Origin: an uncultured Gammaproteobacteria bacterium
Lineage (GTDB): Bacteria; Patescibacteriota; Patescibacteriia; Magasanikbacterales; GWA2-37-8
Direction: 5' to 3'
Assembly: GCA_964596525.1 (NCBI GenBank)
Contig: CAZQUL010000001.1
Location: forward strand, 951,723-1,015,722
DNA: 64,000 nucleotides
Below, piece after piece: positions 59,704 through 64,000 of the stretch. Position numbers and translations under genes: made by a program. Numbering within the stretch: position 1 is the stretch's first letter; each line of letters starts with the position of its first letter. The notes beneath the pieces were generated by a model. That model saw only the letters and a list, made by a program, of their open reading frames with translations. It ran no database searches and was not told the DNA's origin.

Positions 59704-61032
59704 TCAGGTAAAGAAATTGGAATGGAAACAGGGGTTACCCGTAAAATCGACAGGGGTGACGAGTTCGCGGGCAATGGCGGTGCCAGCTTCGTTAAGCGTG
59801 TTATGGGCTTTCATAAGGCGTTTCGCGCTTTGGATACGCAAGAGGTCGTCGCCGATTTCGGTATTGGGGTACAAAATTACGTTGTAGCCGTGCTCGCGCA
59901 GCACTTTTTTGGCACGGCGGATATGAAAGAGCGGCTCGGCGCAGACGCGCTGGATGATTTGGGCGCCGTCGGTAACCGCGACGAGTTTTTCGTTGGAGTA
60001 GGGGAGGTTAAGGAGGCCTCCGAGATGCGCCTCAAACGTAGTGAGCCCTGCGCTCGGCGTCTGGGCGCGCTCTTTTTCTTGTAGGAGTGACTCGTACGTG
60101 GTTGAGGCCGGTTGACGCGCATTGATTTCAATGAGGTAAAGTTTTTGACTGTCTTCATCCAGAATAACGTCGATGCCGAAGAGTCCCTTCCAGCCGTCGT
60201 ATGCGAGTTTTTTCCCTACTGCCGTAGCTATGGCGTGGTATTCGTTTTTGAGTTTGGGTGAAAGCAGTTCGTGCGGCAGCGCCCAATCGTTACCGATGGT
60301 GGCGAACGGTCGGTCGGTGAAAGGTGTCAGGCCGGTTATTTGGTAATTGATATTGCCGACCAAGATAGTGTCACCCCATACGACATTATTGCTCGTAAAC
60401 ATGGGGCCGCGAACGAAGCGCGTGAGGCGTACCGGCCGGTTGGGAAATTGTTTGTAAAGTGGCTCTAAATCACGTTCCAAACGGATGTGCATGGTTCCGC
60501 TGCCGGTGTGCGCGCGATTAAACTGGAGGATGAACCCTTCGTGAGGAGGAGAGGATAATTTTGCGCACGCCTCGGTATATGAAATATCTTTGAGAATGAG
60601 GCGCGTGTGCGGCGGCAAGAATCGTTCCAGATCGCCCAGCCAGTCGAGCTGGCTAATTTTTTCTTCTACGGTGCGTGAAAGTTCAGCTGGCGGATTGAGC
60701 AGGTTGAATCCTTGCTCAAAACACAGACGTTCAATGGCCGGCGTATTCTTGAAAACAAGAACGCCCGGCTGGCCGAGGTGTTTGAGTATTTCAATGGTTG
60801 TCGGGTGGGCGAGAAGTTCGTGAGTGTCAAGCGGCTTTAGACCGGGAATGAGGGTGATGTTCTTGAGGGGCGGCTCGGCGTCGGTTGTGCTCGTGAGAGA
60901 TTTGGCAAAGGGGGTGCTGTTGGTTATAATGTGGTAGTTCTCGTACTCTTTGCCGAGCCCTAAAGCCCGCTCAATATCGCGGGCTATGTAGACAATCGGC
61001 TGTTTATTTAGGGCTAATTTGAGAGCATTCAT
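59704..61032 (-). CDS. ATP-grasp domain protein
   Basis: TGSGT, GLFGIDV and LIEINAR motifs. Confidence 0.8.
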   Translation of the reverse strand: MNALKLALNKQPIVYIARDIERALGLGKEYENYHIITNSTPFAKSLTSTTDAEPPLKNITLIPGLKPLDTHELLAHPTTIEILKHLGQPGVLVFKNTPAIERLCFEQGFNLLNPPAELSRTVEEKISQLDWLGDLERFLPPHTRLILKDISYTEACAKLSSPPHEGFILQFNRAHTGSGTMHIRLERDLEPLYKQFPNRPVRLTRFVRGPMFTSNNVVWGDTILVGNINYQITGLTPFTDRPFATIGNDWALPHELLSPKLKNEYHAIATAVGKKLAYDGWKGLFGIDVILDEDSQKLYLIEINARQPASTTYESLLQEKERAQTPSAGLTTFEAHLGGLLNLPYSNEKLVAVTDGAQIIQRVCAEPLFHIRRAKKVLREHGYNVILYPNTEIGDDLLRIQSAKRLMKAHNTLNEAGTAIARELVTPVDFTGNPCFHSNFFT

Positions 61033-61075
61033 AGTCTGCATACTATCAAAAAACATTTTGTTTGGCAACGTTTGT

Positions 61076-61312
61076 ATGCCCATAGTAAAAACGCGGTATT
61101 TCTCGCCTGCGCTAAAAAATCTACTTTTTTTGCTTTTCGTTCCTGCCGTGGTGTTCGCACTTATTTCCACTGTAAGTTTTGTGACAGTAAAATGGGTCGG
61201 CTGCGAGAAGCCTTTTGCTATTAAAAGAGTATTTTTTTGGGAGCCAGATTACTGGTTATGCGAAGCTGTCACTGGATTCGGGATCTGGTATCTTGATCCT
61301 GGAGCAATTTAG
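61076..61312 (+). CDS. Small membrane protein
   Basis: One TM helix, abuts murB. Confidence 0.4.
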   Translation: MPIVKTRYFSPALKNLLFLLFVPAVVFALISTVSFVTVKWVGCEKPFAIKRVFFWEPDYWLCEAVTGFGIWYLDPGAI

Positions 61313-61315
61313 CAT

Positions 61316-62281
61316 ATGAATATAGTAACAACAACTCTTAAACAATTCGGCCGACTGAGCGTGAATGCGCTTATGTCAAAGTACACCACGTTACATATCG
61401 GCGGCTCGGCCCAATTTTTTATTGAAGTGACGGAAACGGAAAAATTCGTTGAACTCCTCCGTTTTTTGGTGGGCGAAGGAATTCCGTACTACCTTCTCGG
61501 TGGCGGCTCCAACATGCTCTGGCAGGATGAATTGTTTGAAGGCGTGGTTGTTAAAGTGGCTACAGGGCGCGTTGATTTTTTGCCGGGCGAGGTGCTTAAA
61601 GTGGACGCTGGTGTTGCGTCTACGGCGCTCGTCATGAATTCCATCAAGCATAAGCTGCGCGGCTTGGAGTGGGCGATGGGCCTTCCGGGTACGATCGGCG
61701 GCGCCGTGCGCGGTAATGCGGGCGCGCCATGGAAAGACCTCATCGAAGGTAATGGCGATATCGCGAGCCTGGCGCGCTCGGTGAGCGTTTTTCGCGACGG
61801 CGAGGTGATAGACATTCCGGCGGCAGAGTGTGCGTTCGCGTATCGAGACAGCATATTCAAACATTCTGCCGATATCGTGCTTAGCGCCGAATTCCAGCTC
61901 GAGCCCGGTAACCCGCAGACGAGCTTGGCGATCGTGCAAGAAATCAATCGCCGCCGGGCCGCGCATTACCCTAAACTCCCTTCGGCTGGAAGTTTTTTCA
62001 AGAACGTTGATTTTAAAGATTGGCCCGGCGACATCGAAAAACTTCCCGAGCATTTCGCGCGTACCAAAAAAGTGCCCTCCGGTTGGATCAACGAACAGAA
62101 CGGGCTTAAAGGGTACCGCGTAGGCGGTGCCATGGTTTCAAACGAACATGGCAATTTCATCGTCAATGTGGATAATGCCACCCAAGCCGACGTTCTTAAC
62201 CTCGTTGAAGAAATCAATCGCCGGGCGTATACTACGTTTGGCGTTACCCTCGAACCAGAGGTAATGATTATACGTTTATAA
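61316..62281 (+). CDS. murB: UDP-N-acetylenolpyruvoylglucosamine reductase
   Basis: LGGGSN, PGTIGGAVRGNAGA, YRDS.FK, SAGSFFKN, HGNF and LEPEV motifs. Confidence 0.95.
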   Translation: MNIVTTTLKQFGRLSVNALMSKYTTLHIGGSAQFFIEVTETEKFVELLRFLVGEGIPYYLLGGGSNMLWQDELFEGVVVKVATGRVDFLPGEVLKVDAGVASTALVMNSIKHKLRGLEWAMGLPGTIGGAVRGNAGAPWKDLIEGNGDIASLARSVSVFRDGEVIDIPAAECAFAYRDSIFKHSADIVLSAEFQLEPGNPQTSLAIVQEINRRRAAHYPKLPSAGSFFKNVDFKDWPGDIEKLPEHFARTKKVPSGWINEQNGLKGYRVGGAMVSNEHGNFIVNVDNATQADVLNLVEEINRRAYTTFGVTLEPEVMIIRL

Positions 62282-62373
62282 GTTACTAGCACCGATTGTT
62301 TTATCGCTTCAGTGTTTCAGTGTAAAATAGACCTGAAGCCCTGTGACCGTAAAACAATTAATTTATTTCTGCT

Positions 62374-62733
62374 ATGCACATCTCCATTTCCGGCAAAGGT
62401 ATCGATCTTACGCCTGCTATCGAAGAGTACGTCCATAAAAAAATCGGCGGTTTAGACAAATTCTACGACAAAGTCCAGCGCGCCCATGTTCTTGTCGGTG
62501 TTGACAATCACCATCATTTGGCCGGCGAGATCTTTGTGGCGGAGTGCAAGCTCGAGGTGCCGGGCAAAGATATTTTTGGCGCCAAACACGAGAAAGATCT
62601 GTATGCCGCTATCGATACGCTCCAGGCGTTTTTGCAGGAAGAACTCAAAGCCCACAAACGCAAACACGAAGAAGTAGATCGCCGCGACCAGAAAGCGGTT
62701 CGTGACAGTAAAGAATTTGCCCCTGAAGAATAA
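62374..62733 (+). CDS. hpf: Ribosome hibernation promoting factor / RaiA
   Basis: ISGKGIDLTPAIEEYV and DLYAAID motifs. Confidence 0.9.
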   Translation: MHISISGKGIDLTPAIEEYVHKKIGGLDKFYDKVQRAHVLVGVDNHHHLAGEIFVAECKLEVPGKDIFGAKHEKDLYAAIDTLQAFLQEELKAHKRKHEEVDRRDQKAVRDSKEFAPEE

Positions 62734-62750
62734 CTCTTTTCGTCTGTCGC

Positions 62751-64000
62751 ATGCCTCGCAAGCGTACAACAAAAAAGAAAAAAGAGGACCTTGACATCGA
62801 AGAAGTCGAAGAAGAGAGTGCTGAGGAGAATGCTGAGCCGGCTTTGGCTCCCCACTTGGTCCGCGGGCTCTCGGCACTCGCCTTATACGTCGTGGCCATT
62901 CTTTCGGCCCTCAGTTTTTTTGCACAAGCTGGGGTGGCTGGAACGTATTTCGACGCAGCGTTGTCCCTTACCTTTGGTGATGTGCGTTATGTCTTTCCTA
63001 TCGTCCTCACAGTAGTGGCAACGCTCACCTGGCGCCAAGAACGACACTATGAATACCGAGCTACGCATCTCGTGGGCGCCCTCGTCTTTTTTTTGAGTTT
63101 CAACGGTTTGGTGCATCTGCAAGATCCGGGGCTCGAGCGTGCCATGGCGGGACATGGCGGCGGTATGGCCGGTTATGCATTATCTGAGCCGCTCTTTACG
63201 TATACTGGTTACTGGGGCGCGACCGTAGTTTTGGTTGGTTTGCTTTTGGCTTCGTTCATCCTGCTTTTTAACGCGCCGCTCGCTGATATTATCTTTGTCC
63301 ATCGTAAAGTACTGCTCGGTTTTGGCACGCTCGGCCGCGGGCTTTTGGCATTCTTTGGCATTTTCCGTCGTGAGAGCGCTGAGGCATCCAACGAGTTTGA
63401 CTACCCCGAAGAAGAGGAAGAGTCCGAACCCGAACCCGAATTACCTGATGAGCCTGTAATTACCCGCACCGAACTCAAGCAGCCCCCGTTACCCACTATG
63501 GACGAAGAAGAAGGTGAAGATGAGTCGGATGAGTCAGAAGAGGAATCCGAGGATGAAGAGGGTGCAGAAACCGCGCCCCAGGTTATAACTATCGAAAAAC
63601 CCAAGCGCGTATACACATTGCCGCCGGTGGATTTACTGTTTAATTCCAAGAGCAAACCGACTTCTGGCGACATTAAAAGTAGTGTCCAGATTATCCAAGA
63701 AACGTTCAAGAATTTCGGCATCGAGGTGGAAATGGGCGAGGTGCGCGTTGGTCCGACTGTTACGCAGTTTTCGTTTAAACCCGCGCGCGGCGTTAAGCTT
63801 ACCCGCATCACGGCGCTCAGCAACGACCTGGCGCTCGCGCTTGCTGCCCACCCCATCCGTATCGAAGCGCCGATTCCTGGTAAATCACTAGTTGGTATCG
63901 AGGTGCCGAATAAAAAGGTGGCCATGGTTAGCTTCCGCGAGCTTTTGGAAAGTGAAGAATACCGTAACCGTCCGCATAATATGATGGTCGCGCTCGGCAA
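62751..64000 (+). CDS. ftsK: DNA translocase FtsK (partial, runs off window)
   Basis: Hand translation from ATG 62751: N-terminal TM segments, acidic linker, GPTVTQF, DLALALAA, RIEAPIPGKSLVGIEVPN. Confidence 0.92.
   Translation, partial: MPRKRTTKKKKEDLDIEEVEEESAEENAEPALAPHLVRGLSALALYVVAILSALSFFAQAGVAGTYFDAALSLTFGDVRYVFPIVLTVVATLTWRQERHYEYRATHLVGALVFFLSFNGLVHLQDPGLERAMAGHGGGMAGYALSEPLFTYTGYWGATVVLVGLLLASFILLFNAPLADIIFVHRKVLLGFGTLGRGLLAFFGIFRRESAEASNEFDYPEEEEESEPEPELPDEPVITRTELKQPPLPTMDEEEGEDESDESEEESEDEEGAETAPQVITIEKPKRVYTLPPVDLLFNSKSKPTSGDIKSSVQIIQETFKNFGIEVEMGEVRVGPTVTQFSFKPARGVKLTRITALSNDLALALAAHPIRIEAPIPGKSLVGIEVPNKKVAMVSFRELLESEEYRNRPHNMMVALG

Overview
The window looks like a Patescibacteria (CPR, Parcubacteria-like) chromosome segment; this is inferred from gene content and style, not from a marker gene. 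Bases 1-23,500 form an AT-richer accessory island ending at a minus-strand tRNA-Asn(GTT) at 23425-23499. The island resolves into two tandem integrative elements, each ending in a large serine recombinase (LSR). Element 1 (up to ~12,735) carries a Maf / NMP-kinase / PLP-decarboxylase / GHMP-fold / phosphotransferase cluster, a Rep-like gene, an excisionase-like HTH and a type III R-M system. Element 2 (~12,731-23,432) carries a CsoR-CopA copper module, an IS3, a structured RNA leader, SpoVG, an HTH initiator with iterons and a small-terminase-like gene. Both LSR reading frames run in frame through the putative att core GCTCCG, so integration or excision would swap their C-terminal tails. Bases 23,650-64,000 are core genome (sufB, typA, fmt, def, priA, tsaC, a zwf-gnd fusion, mraY, murB, hpf, ftsK). 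These are interspersed with stand-alone genes, mostly orphans, that have strong Shine-Dalgarno motifs, mostly their own sigma70-type promoters, and in several cases a boxA-like leader motif, unlike the SD-less core genes. All calls were made by eye from the sequence; no database searches were run.
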